Shown here: positions 1 to 7,537 of the stretch, piece by piece | Layout of the letters: each line of letters starts with the position of its first letter | Position numbering within the stretch: the first letter of the stretch is position 1 | IMG/VR virus record: IMGVR_UViG_3300049167_000074 | Location: 1 to 40,724 of that record | Reading direction: 5' to 3' (one strand) | DNA length: 40,724 nt | Origin: a virus | Taxonomy: Duplodnaviria > Caudoviricetes | Position numbers and translations under genes: made by a program | The notes under the pieces: model-generated | What the model was told of the DNA's origin: nothing | What the model saw: the letters and a program-made list of their open reading frames with translations, nothing else | The model's database searches: none

Positions 1-1
1 C

Positions 2-127
2 TGCGGCACACCGGTACGCGGCCACTGGCGAGAGCACACCGGGTTCGCCGCAGACCTCGACCCGCAGGGAGACGTCACCTGGCGCTGCCACGGTCGGGAC
101 TGCCTCACCGGCAAGGAGAGCTTCTGA
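2..127 (+). CDS. 3' end of a hypothetical protein (partial, runs in from the window edge)
   Basis: Frame 2 is open from the edge (CGTPVRGHWREH...CHGRDCLTGKESF) to TGA at 125-127 and is followed by a hairpin. Confidence 0.45.
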   Translation, partial: CGTPVRGHWREHTGFAADLDPQGDVTWRCHGRDCLTGKESF

Positions 128-135
128 CAGCAGCG

Positions 136-163
136 GGCCCCGTCTGCGTGACCAGACGGGGCC
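136..163. terminator. GC-rich stem-loop, probable terminator between convergent genes
   Basis: GGCCCCGTCTG-N6-CAGACGGGGCC perfect 11-bp inverted repeat. Confidence 0.6.
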
Positions 164-395
164 GCTTCAGCTCAGCGCAGCATGCTGATATTGGTGAGGC
201 CAGTCTACGAGGGGCCACTGACAGTGCCAGGGCGTCGCGTCGACAGCACATACACCCCGGGCTGTGCCTGCGGGTCGCGCGGCTGAGGCAGCAGATGCGT
301 GGGGATCTCGTTGCCGTGGCGGCGCATGATCTGACGACGGGCGCGGGCAGCGACGGGGTACGGACGGACGCTCATGGCGGCAGCATGGCAGACGA

Positions 396-593
396 TCACC
401 GCGGGTCCGGCCACTCTGTCAGCACGTCGCCGGTCTCCTCATCCGTGAGGGTGACGCGGGCGCCCGGGCGGCTGCCGTGTTCGCCGATCCACGACGCCAC
501 CTTGCGGCGAGCCACGGCCTCGTCGTTCCACCAGCCGTGGAGCAGCGGCTGGCCGTCGGTGGTGACGGTCACCCGGTAGCGGCCGGCGGTCAC
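396..593 (-). CDS. small hypothetical protein (65 aa)
   Basis: Protein-like composition (LLHGWWNDEAVARRK...VTLTDEETG); GTGA overlap with the stop of the upstream HTH gene. Confidence 0.7.
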   Translation of the reverse strand: MTAGRYRVTVTTDGQPLLHGWWNDEAVARRKVASWIGEHGSRPGARVTLTDEETGDVLTEWPDPR

Positions 594-808
594 GCGAGCC
601 GGATGCCGCGGGCGCGGCCAGGCTCGCGGACGATGGCGCCCTTCGCCTCCAGCTCCCCCAGCTGGTAGTGCACCGACGACCAGGACCGCAGGCCCGCCCG
701 CTCGGCGATCTCGGCGACGGTCGGCGCGATCCCGTCGTCGGTGATGGCCTGGCGGATGACGTGGAGGATCGTCTCCTGCCTGGGGGTGAGGTAGTCGACG
801 CGGCGCAT
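590..808 (-). CDS. LexA-type winged-helix DNA-binding domain protein, no peptidase domain (72 aa)
   Basis: LTPRQETILHVIRQAITDDGIAPTVAEIAERAGLRSWSSVHYQLGELEAKGAI resembles the LexA N-terminal domain; start reassigned to ATG at 808. Confidence 0.8.
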   Translation of the reverse strand: MRRVDYLTPRQETILHVIRQAITDDGIAPTVAEIAERAGLRSWSSVHYQLGELEAKGAIVREPGRARGIRLA

Positions 809-816
809 ACCCCCAG

Positions 817-832
817 TAGAAACCTTGTTCGA
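817..832. promoter_or_regulatory. putative actinobacterial SOS (LexA) box
   Basis: TAGAAA-CCTT-GTTCGA versus consensus TCGAAC-N4-GTTCGA (2 mismatches), in the 45-bp gap between divergent genes. Confidence 0.55.
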
Positions 833-853
833 ATATGGGTGCAAGCTGGGGGT

Positions 854-1192
854 GTGACCGACCTGCCCCCTGACCTGCCGCGACTCCGCACCCTGGAGAC
901 CTGGCTCGCCCTCACCCTCGACCAGGTGCGGGCCGCCATCAGAATGGCCGAGCAGCGGGAGCAGGAGCAGCATCGCGGCGAACGGGACCGGCCCAAGCCA
1001 CCCGACTGGCTGCTGGAACTGGGCCTCAACCGGGACAGCCCGCCCGTCCAAGTGCACGTCGGCGACTGCTGGAACTCCGGGAAGCGCACCCGCGGCATCA
1101 GCCTCGACGAAGCCCGGCGCGCGATCACCGAGGGTGTGAAGGCGTGCGACGCGTGCCGGCCCGACAGCGCGCTTGGGTTCCTGGACAGCTAG
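854..1192 (+). CDS. DUF6233-like protein with C-terminal Cys/His metal-binding motif
   Basis: GTG start at 854; WLLE...VHVGDC...EARRAI...ACDACRPD pattern typical of this Streptomyces family. Confidence 0.7.
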   Translation: MTDLPPDLPRLRTLETWLALTLDQVRAAIRMAEQREQEQHRGERDRPKPPDWLLELGLNRDSPPVQVHVGDCWNSGKRTRGISLDEARRAITEGVKACDACRPDSALGFLDS

Positions 1193-2094
1193 GCAGACTT
1201 CCGGGGTTTCCGAGCGGTCTTCTTCGCCGCGGTCTTCTTGGCTGGCTGCTTCTTCGCGGCCCGCTTCTTCGGCATCTCGTGGATGTCCGCGTGCTGGCCG
1301 GTGTCCTCGCCGCGGGACTGCTTGGCCTTCGACACGGACTGCTGGAGCGCAGCCATGAGGTCGACCAGCTGCCCCGACTCGGCGGCTGGCTCCTGCGCGA
1401 CCGGCGGTTCGCGGTGCTCGCGCTTTGCTTCGATCAGCTCGGCGACGGCCTCGGTGTACGTGTCGCGGAAGTCGTCGCCCTCCAGGTCGTCGCGGGTCAT
1501 GGTGTCCATGAGCGCCAGGGCGCCGTCGATCTCCTCGTCGGACAGCTCGACCGGTGGCGGGGTCAGCTCGGACGGGTCGCGGATTTCGTCGGGCCAGCGC
1601 ATGGCGTGCAGGACGATCGCCTCGTCGCGGACGCGGAGCAGGCCGAGGCGCTCGCGGCCGGACCAGGCGTACCGGGCCACGGCCACCCGCGAGGACCGTT
1701 CGAGGGCCTGGCGGAGCAGCACGTAGGGCTTCGCGGCGACCTGCCCGTCCGGCGCCAGGTAGTAGCCGTCACCGATCCGGATCGGGTCGATCGCCTCCCA
1801 CGGCATGAACGCAACGATCTCGATCGCCTTCGCCGTCGGCAGCGGCAGGTCCCGCAGCTCCTCGTCGGAGATCGGGATCACGTTGTCGCGGGAGATCTCG
1901 TAGCCCTTGCCGATCTCCGAGGTGGCGACCTCCCGGTCCTCCAGTTCGCACACCTTCCGGGTCCGCACCCGGGCCATGTCCTCCAGGTGCACCCGGTGGA
2001 AGTGGATCGAGTGGTCCTCGGTGGCGCTGACCACGTGGATAGGCACGGTGACCAGGCCGAACGAGATGGCGCCGGACCAGATGGTGCGGGGCAT
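1189..2094 (-). CDS. ku: Ku DNA end-binding protein (NHEJ)
   Basis: MPRTIWSGAISFGLVTVPI start, KGYE motif, YYLAP...KPYVLLRQAL, VDLMAALQQS and basic Lys/Ala tail. Confidence 0.95.
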   Translation of the reverse strand: MPRTIWSGAISFGLVTVPIHVVSATEDHSIHFHRVHLEDMARVRTRKVCELEDREVATSEIGKGYEISRDNVIPISDEELRDLPLPTAKAIEIVAFMPWEAIDPIRIGDGYYLAPDGQVAAKPYVLLRQALERSSRVAVARYAWSGRERLGLLRVRDEAIVLHAMRWPDEIRDPSELTPPPVELSDEEIDGALALMDTMTRDDLEGDDFRDTYTEAVAELIEAKREHREPPVAQEPAAESGQLVDLMAALQQSVSKAKQSRGEDTGQHADIHEMPKKRAAKKQPAKKTAAKKTARKPRKSA

Positions 2095-2242
2095 GACGAA
2101 CCTCCGAGACAGCCCCGAGCGGTGTCCAGCCTACGAGGAGCGCGCCCACACCGCTACGCGCATAACGCCGCAGAACGGGCGAATAGGGGCACATGCCGGG
2201 GGCACTCCGTCCCGTGGATCCCCCACAGGAACGGAGCCATCA

Positions 2243-2494
2243 ATGATCGTCAAGAAGCTGCACGACATGGGCGTCAAAAGCGAACACGCCTACCTCGCCG
2301 CCTTCGCCTCCATCGGCCTCACCGTCGCCGCCTGGGCCACCAGCCTCAAAGTCGAGCCCGGCGTCAACGTCGACCGCGCCGACCGGTGGGGCCTCTTCGT
2401 CGGCGAATGGGCACCCACCTTCTTCGGCCTCGGCCTCGCCCTCTCCCACTACGAGCAGCACGACGGCAGCCTCGCCCACATCCACGAGGGCTGA
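2243..2494 (+). CDS. small membrane protein (83 aa)
   Basis: GGAG RBS then ATG at 2243; two hydrophobic segments; ADRWGLFVGEWAPTFF motif. Confidence 0.75.
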   Translation: MIVKKLHDMGVKSEHAYLAAFASIGLTVAAWATSLKVEPGVNVDRADRWGLFVGEWAPTFFGLGLALSHYEQHDGSLAHIHEG

Positions 2495-2592
2495 GCCAGC
2501 CATCTACAGCACCGCGGCGTCCACCTCTGGCAGAAGGGGCGGACGCCGCCACGTCCCGCACCGTTGTCAGTGCCACCAGGCATGATGCGGGC

Positions 2593-2778
2593 ATGCCCAC
2601 CACGATGCACAGCTTCAGCTTCACCTGGACCGACCCCGACGGCACGCCGCGCGCCTCCGCCGTCGCCTACGACCGGACCAGCGCCGACCGGCGACGGAAA
2701 GAACTGGAGAAGGCTGGCGCAACCGGCATCGACGAGGTGCCCGTCGGGCCCGGGGAGCTTCCGGCGGCGAAGGGCTGA
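2593..2778 (+). CDS. small hypothetical protein (about 61 aa)
   Basis: Protein-like C-terminal part of ORF 1144..2778 (FSFTWTDPDGTPRASAVAYD...) followed by a terminator. Confidence 0.6.
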   Translation: MPTTMHSFSFTWTDPDGTPRASAVAYDRTSADRRRKELEKAGATGIDEVPVGPGELPAAKG

Positions 2779-2784
2779 ACGCGG

Positions 2785-2820
2785 GAGACCCGCCTCGACG
2801 GGGGATGCGAGGCGGGTCTC
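2785..2820. terminator. bidirectional terminator-like hairpin
   Basis: GAGACCCGCCTCG-N10-CGAGGCGGGTCTC between convergent genes. Confidence 0.7.
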
Positions 2821-2841
2821 AGAGCAGTCTGGCACGGAAGT

Positions 2842-4467
2842 TCAGGCGACAGGGCGGTCTTCCCACGGCCAGCGGGCGTCACGGCCCTGCTCCAGCAGCG
2901 GGATCATGCGGAACGCCTGATCAGTCAGCCCGCCGAACGTGTGCCGGCCCGACTTCCCGGACGGCATGGCGCCCGCCTTGTAGCCGGCCATGTTCCACAT
3001 GTAGACCGGCGTCGTCTTCGGCACGAGGTCATCGATCGCCGTCTCCCGCATGCCGCCGTAGCTCAGCATGTTGGAGGGCAGCCAGCCCGGCCGAGTCTGC
3101 TCGTCGGTGACGATGACGATCCGATCGTGCGCGAACCAGTGGCGCTTGACCGCACTCGGGATGTCCGTGCCGCCGATCTGCCCGTAGCCCTCGATCAACT
3201 TCAGCGCGCTGCCGCCCCTGGGGACGGTCAGCTCCTTGGACTCGCCGCCGAACTCCACCAGCGTCGGCTTCTCCGCCCGCAGGGCGAGCGCGCTACCGAA
3301 GACCGCGGCCTGCTCGGCGAGCGTGATCTCCGACCGGTTCGGGGTGGAGAACCCGTAGCCCGGGAACATTGACGGCGACCGGTCCACCAGGATCAGCGTG
3401 CTGCCCTTCAAGCGCGGCACGTTGGCCAGGGAGTGGCCGAGGGCCTGCTCCAGGGCATGCGCCCACCGCAGCGACGGGGCGTGCTTGTAGGCGGCCCACC
3501 AGCGAAACGGGAACATGCGGGACCTGGCCACCTGCTCTGGGTCCGTGAACCGTGCGCAGACCTTGGCGGCGACCTCGTCGGAGACGCCGGCCTCGTCGAA
3601 GTTCCTGAGGTTCCTTGCCAGCGCCATCACGCCCATCGACGGGATGATCGCCTCCCATGCGGCCTTGTCCATCGGTCCCTGCAGCCAGCCCGCCAGGGCC
3701 TCCCAGGTCATGCCGGCGTGGTTCAAAAAGTCCGCGGCATCCGGCCGCTTCAGCAGGTCGCGTCGCTTCTGCGCATCCCACTTGGCGATCTCAGCGCGCG
3801 TGTGGAGCAGCTGCAGCGACTCGGGGATCGGCTTGTCACGCTTGTGGCGGCGGTCGATGGCGTGCTCGAACAGGTCGCCTTGCCACAGAGCCTTCGGGGC
3901 GGGGTGGACGAGTTCGATGACGTCCCCGAACCGGTATCCCTTCGAGTCGGTGTCGTACTTGAGCAGGGCCCGCTCGTTGTAGAGGGAGCCGAGGGCGTCC
4001 TCGATGCCCCGCTTGACGGGCTTGGGGATACGGCGGCCGTAGCGTGACGTCCAGTAGCCGAGGAGCTCCCCTGGCTCGTCGGCGCGCCGGAGGACTGAGG
4101 CGATGACTTGCCGCGAGTGGCCCGCCGCCTGGGCGTCGAGACGGGCCTTGGTGAACTCGGCGGCGCCGACGATCGCCGCGGTGCGCATGTTGGCCTCGGC
4201 GCGGAGCCAGCCGAGCAGGCCGGCAGTCCAGTCGGGGTCTTCAACGGCGAGCTGCCGGACGAGGGCGGTGTACCGGTCGTCGCGGTCGCCGCCCGCCTCG
4301 TAGAAGGTGTCGGTGCCGACCATGTTGGACACCGCGAGCAGGTAGAGCTCGGACCTGGAGTCGCGGAGGGCGCCGGTGGCGCCCTCGTAAGTGCGGGTCT
4401 CCTCACCGGTCGTGGTCACGGGAGAGGAGACGGACGGACGCGTACTGCGGGTGTTGAACCTGGCCAT
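2842..4467 (-). CDS. rsr: TROVE domain / Ro60-type RNA-binding protein (Rsr) with C-terminal vWA domain
   Basis: ELYLLAV..TFYE, WLRAEANMRT, ALLKYD, MALARNLRNF, SRMFPFR; vWA MIDAS-like LVDRSPSM, GGTD and IVTDEQ; ATG at 4467; Y RNA genes adjacent. Confidence 0.93.
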   Translation of the reverse strand: MARFNTRSTRPSVSSPVTTTGEETRTYEGATGALRDSRSELYLLAVSNMVGTDTFYEAGGDRDDRYTALVRQLAVEDPDWTAGLLGWLRAEANMRTAAIVGAAEFTKARLDAQAAGHSRQVIASVLRRADEPGELLGYWTSRYGRRIPKPVKRGIEDALGSLYNERALLKYDTDSKGYRFGDVIELVHPAPKALWQGDLFEHAIDRRHKRDKPIPESLQLLHTRAEIAKWDAQKRRDLLKRPDAADFLNHAGMTWEALAGWLQGPMDKAAWEAIIPSMGVMALARNLRNFDEAGVSDEVAAKVCARFTDPEQVARSRMFPFRWWAAYKHAPSLRWAHALEQALGHSLANVPRLKGSTLILVDRSPSMFPGYGFSTPNRSEITLAEQAAVFGSALALRAEKPTLVEFGGESKELTVPRGGSALKLIEGYGQIGGTDIPSAVKRHWFAHDRIVIVTDEQTRPGWLPSNMLSYGGMRETAIDDLVPKTTPVYMWNMAGYKAGAMPSGKSGRHTFGGLTDQAFRMIPLLEQGRDARWPWEDRPVA

Positions 4468-4504
4468 GAAAAAGCCCCTCACGTTGGAGGGGAGGTCCAG
4501 CAGT

Positions 4505-4644
4505 GGGGTGCCCGAGATCGAGTCGGCTGCGGAGACGTAGCGCTCTGGGCCGCTGAGCTACCAGCCCCGAAGGCTGGACGGGATTCGAACCCGCGTCTCT
4601 CTCTTAACAGGAGAAGTATCCGCTGCCTGCGCACCGGGCACCCC
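4505..4644 (-). ncRNA. yrlA: YrlA-type tRNA-like Y RNA
   Basis: Terminal stem GGGGUGCCCG/CGGGCACCCC encloses, in permuted order, a T arm (GCGGG UUCGAAU CCCGU), an acceptor-like stem closed by UUCG, and a D arm (GCUC AGCGGCCCA GAGC); lies directly upstream of the TROVE gene. Confidence 0.88.
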
Positions 4645-4650
4645 CGATGC

Positions 4651-4728
4651 TGTGCCTCCCGAGATCAAGAACGGCCGCGGCGGCACTTTTCCAAAGAAGT
4701 AGCCGAGACCTGCGCACCGGGAGGTGCA
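4651..4728 (-). ncRNA. second, shorter Y RNA (YrlB-like)
   Basis: Terminal stem CCUCCCG/CGGGAGG; shares CCCGGUGCGCAGG-N3-CGG-N-UACUUCU and GAUCUCGGG motifs with the YrlA copy; no T or D arms. Confidence 0.75.
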
Positions 4729-4779
4729 TGAAGTTGTGTTGGTACGACTGTAGCCCATGAGGGTGACAAGCGGTGGGAG

Positions 4780-5940
4780 TTACGTCGCCTCGGTAGGCGA
4801 GTCCGGGCGGGCCAGCTTCAGCCACGGGTTGTCTCGCCGGCTGGTTGCCCGGTCTAGGTACTCGCGCTTGACGACGGCGGAGCCCTCCTTCCAGCGTCCT
4901 TGCCCCGTGGGGTCGCCGCCGGCGTCAGCGATAGCTTGGGCGCCTCCGCGACGGAGTCCGTGCGCGGTGACCTTCTCCCAGCCCTTGATCCCCGCCCGCT
5001 TGGCGCGTTCGCGTACCCAGTCGTTGATGGCGTCGCCGGTGACGTGGTCGCCGCGGTCGGTGGCGCGGATGCGGGACTGGAGTCGGCCCTCCCGGGTGAG
5101 CGCGCGGAGGAAGGCGCCTTCGTGAACGCCGAGCTGGTGGAGAGCGTCGAGCCAGGCGCGAGTGGCGTGGACGGGGTCGATGTCGGGGTCGTCCCAGGCC
5201 GGGATGAAGGTCTCCTCGCCCTTGGCTTCCTGGTCGGTCTTGGAGGAGGTGAACCAGAGCGCGACGCCGTCGGCTTCGACGGTAACGTTGCCGATGGTGA
5301 GGTCGGCGAGTTCGCTGCGCCGGTTGAGGGCGCCGCGTCCGAGAAGGAGGACGGCGCGGTCGCGGATGCCGATGGGGTGGTGGGGGTCGCAGGTGGCGAC
5401 CATGGCGCGGATCATCTCGTCGGTGATGGCGGGTGCCTTCTTGACGCCGACGCGCTTGTTCCACTCCTTCTTGTACTCGTTGAGCATGCCGCGCGCCTCT
5501 TGCGTGCCGGGTTTCTTGTCGTCGGGCATCCAGGTGCGGATGGCGGACATGGCGACGCTGATGGCGTTGGGGGCGCGGCCCTGCTCGATGAGGGTGGCGA
5601 CGTATTCGACGTAGGTGGCGGTGGTGCAGGGCCGGTGGACGCGGCCTTGCGTCTCGCACCAGCGGCGGAAGAGGTCGCGCTGGTTGTTATAGGTACGGGA
5701 CGTGTTCTTGGGCTTGCTCTTGTTCTTGAGCCGCTCAGCGGTGGTCTGGCTGACGTAGAGGTCGCGTTCGGTGTAGGCCGGCTGTTCGGCTTCGGTGGGC
5801 AGCGGCTCACCGGGGACGAGGATCGTGTGCCGGTCCACGAGCGGTCGGGCGGGGGTCGCTTCGGCATCTCCCGAAGTGATGGCGGGGAGGTGGTCGTCGT
5901 CGACGAGTTCGGCGTCGACCACCTCGTCGGGCTCGGTCAC
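4780..5940 (-). CDS. Cre-like tyrosine recombinase
   Basis: SAM-like N-domain (NTSRTY...FRRWC), GIRDRAVLLLG...NRRSEL, SKTDQ, TAHGLRRGGA, GRW and C-terminal Tyr (REYL). Confidence 0.9.
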   Translation of the reverse strand: MTEPDEVVDAELVDDDHLPAITSGDAEATPARPLVDRHTILVPGEPLPTEAEQPAYTERDLYVSQTTAERLKNKSKPKNTSRTYNNQRDLFRRWCETQGRVHRPCTTATYVEYVATLIEQGRAPNAISVAMSAIRTWMPDDKKPGTQEARGMLNEYKKEWNKRVGVKKAPAITDEMIRAMVATCDPHHPIGIRDRAVLLLGRGALNRRSELADLTIGNVTVEADGVALWFTSSKTDQEAKGEETFIPAWDDPDIDPVHATRAWLDALHQLGVHEGAFLRALTREGRLQSRIRATDRGDHVTGDAINDWVRERAKRAGIKGWEKVTAHGLRRGGAQAIADAGGDPTGQGRWKEGSAVVKREYLDRATSRRDNPWLKLARPDSPTEAT

Positions 5941-6317
5941 GCCGCCTCGTTCCGTGCGCGCTCGTAGCGATGGCGGGCGGCGATGAACGCCTCGTCGGTG
6001 CCACCCCGGTCGGGGTGCGCGTCGGCCATCGCCTGCTTCAGGTCCGGCAGGGAGGCGCGCTTCGGCTGGTGCGGGATCTCCGGCGGCGCCAGATGGAGGC
6101 GGCGTAGCGTGTAGCCGTGGTAGACCTCGCCGTCCGCCTCGATCTTCTGGCGATCAACGAACCCTGACCGACCGTTGCCCATCACGAAGTAGATCCGCTT
6201 CGGTGTCTTCTTCGTGATCTCGTGCTTGAGGATCTGCCAGTTGCCCATGGGGCCGTCGTCCCAGTTGGCATCCCACAGCTCGTACAGGTACTCGGCGACC
6301 GCTACGTCCCCGCTCAT
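5937..6317 (-). CDS. hypothetical protein with C-terminal J-domain-like HPD motif
   Basis: LKQAMADAHPDRGGTDEAFIAARHRYERAR; GGGAGG RBS; GTGA overlap with the recombinase start. Confidence 0.7.
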   Translation of the reverse strand: MSGDVAVAEYLYELWDANWDDGPMGNWQILKHEITKKTPKRIYFVMGNGRSGFVDRQKIEADGEVYHGYTLRRLHLAPPEIPHQPKRASLPDLKQAMADAHPDRGGTDEAFIAARHRYERARNEAA

Positions 6318-6333
6318 TTACCCTCCCAAGTTT

Positions 6334-6361
6334 GGCTTGTATAAGGGAAATTATACGAGGC
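6334..6361. other. dif/loxP-like recombination site candidate A (11-6-11)
   Basis: GGCTTGTATAA-GGGAAA-TTATACGAGGC; AT-rich inverted repeat upstream of the recombinase operon. Confidence 0.65.
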
Positions 6362-6419
6362 TACCTCCGGTAACACTCCTGATTCCGAGGAAGTTGGAGG
6401 TCCCCCTCCGCTACGCCGA

Positions 6420-6449
6420 CGGGCCCCGCTCCGAGAGGAGCGGGGCCCG
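6420..6449. terminator. GC-rich hairpin
   Basis: CGGGCCCCGCTCC-GAGA-GGAGCGGGGCCCG perfect 13-bp stem. Confidence 0.55.
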
Positions 6450-6548
6450 CGATACGTGTGGGTTATCGAGAGTGCTGAGGGTCGGTACCGCACCAGACGG
6501 ATCGTCGATCTGTCCGTGCGCGAGTGGCAGCACTGCCACAATCCCTCA

Positions 6549-7511
6549 ATGCTCGTTACCCCGCTCCCCGGCGTGAACCGGGACAACCTTCTCGTCCTAC
6601 TGAGGACGCTGCGCAATGAAGTCGACAACACGCAGGGCCCGTTCACCGGCCCTGCCTACGGCCGGCTCGTCCGATACCTGCGCTGGGCGACCGGTGCAGC
6701 CCGACGCCTCTCCGGGCAGATTCGCGCGGCTGATGTCGACCGCCTCGTACTCACCCGTCGCTACGACGCCCTTCTGGCTGGCGCCAGCGGAGGGATGGCA
6801 GGAAGCCATCAGGAGGGCATGGTCAACGACTTGGTGTCCCTGGAGCTCGCTGAGCACGTTCAGGCTTTCGACGACGTGTTGGGCTCTCTGGAGCAGCGGA
6901 TCGCTCGCTGGGCTGTGCGTGAGTGGTTCGTGGTCGCCGACTCCAGCTTCTACATCCAGAACGCGGACAAGCTGGCCGACGTTGACCTCCATAAGCTACT
7001 CAACCTGCCTCCCGCTGAACCCATCCGCCTCCTCTTCCCAATCACCGTGGTGGACGAACTCGACGGCCTGAAGGAAGCCGGCAAGCACCAGGCGAGGTGG
7101 CGCGCCACTCACACCCTGGGCCTCCTGGACGGCGTGCTCGATGGGTCGACCTTCGGCATCCTGAGATACTCGGACACCACCGGGGAGCCCGCCACATGGC
7201 GCGGCGAGGTGAACCTGGAGATCGTCCTGGACCAACCAGGACACGTCCGCCTTCCGATCGCTGACGACGAGATCATCGACCGTGCCGTAGCCATCCAAGC
7301 TCTCGCTGCCCGCGATGTGCGGCTGCTGACATGCGACACCGGGCAGCACACAAGGGGCCGGGCCGCTGGCTTGACGGTCACGAAAGTTGCCGCCAAGGAC
7401 CCTGGGCCGGAGCCGGACTGGTCGGCACAGGACAAGCCAGGCAATGGCACTCGGGCACAGCGCCGCGAACGACGGGCATCTGTCGACCGTGCGCGGGCAG
7501 ACAGCGACTGA
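6549..7511 (+). CDS. PIN-domain ribonuclease with N-terminal helical domain
   Basis: VVADSSFYI, PITVVDELDGLK, DDEIIDRA and LLTCDTG acidic PIN motifs; start taken at ATG 6549. Confidence 0.82.
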   Translation: MLVTPLPGVNRDNLLVLLRTLRNEVDNTQGPFTGPAYGRLVRYLRWATGAARRLSGQIRAADVDRLVLTRRYDALLAGASGGMAGSHQEGMVNDLVSLELAEHVQAFDDVLGSLEQRIARWAVREWFVVADSSFYIQNADKLADVDLHKLLNLPPAEPIRLLFPITVVDELDGLKEAGKHQARWRATHTLGLLDGVLDGSTFGILRYSDTTGEPATWRGEVNLEIVLDQPGHVRLPIADDEIIDRAVAIQALAARDVRLLTCDTGQHTRGRAAGLTVTKVAAKDPGPEPDWSAQDKPGNGTRAQRRERRASVDRARADSD

Positions 7512-7537
7512 GCGGACGGCGGTGCCGCCCACCACCC

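Noticed and set aside
205-414. Small minus-strand ORF downstream of 396..593
   Set aside because: No clear RBS or motif; cannot be separated from a chance ORF
2156-2185. Third dif-like site (GCGCATAA)
   Set aside because: Only one half-site; no TTAT-containing inverted arm follows
1144-2778. 544-aa plus-strand ORF
   Set aside because: Shadow ORF antisense to ku; only the last 61 codons look like a real gene
4542-4615. Canonical tRNA gene
   Set aside because: Arms are in permuted order (anticodon, T, acceptor, D), the acceptor stem is closed by a loop with no CCA end, and the whole is embedded in a Y RNA stem
4741-4770. Sigma70-like promoter for the Y RNA/TROVE unit (TTGTCA...TACAGT on the minus strand)
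   Set aside because: Spacer is only 11 nt; the -10-like hexamer alone is not enough evidence
6446-6472. Degenerate palindrome CGATAC-N7-TTATCG
   Set aside because: Arms are short and mismatched and the spacer is unrelated to sites A and B; could be chance
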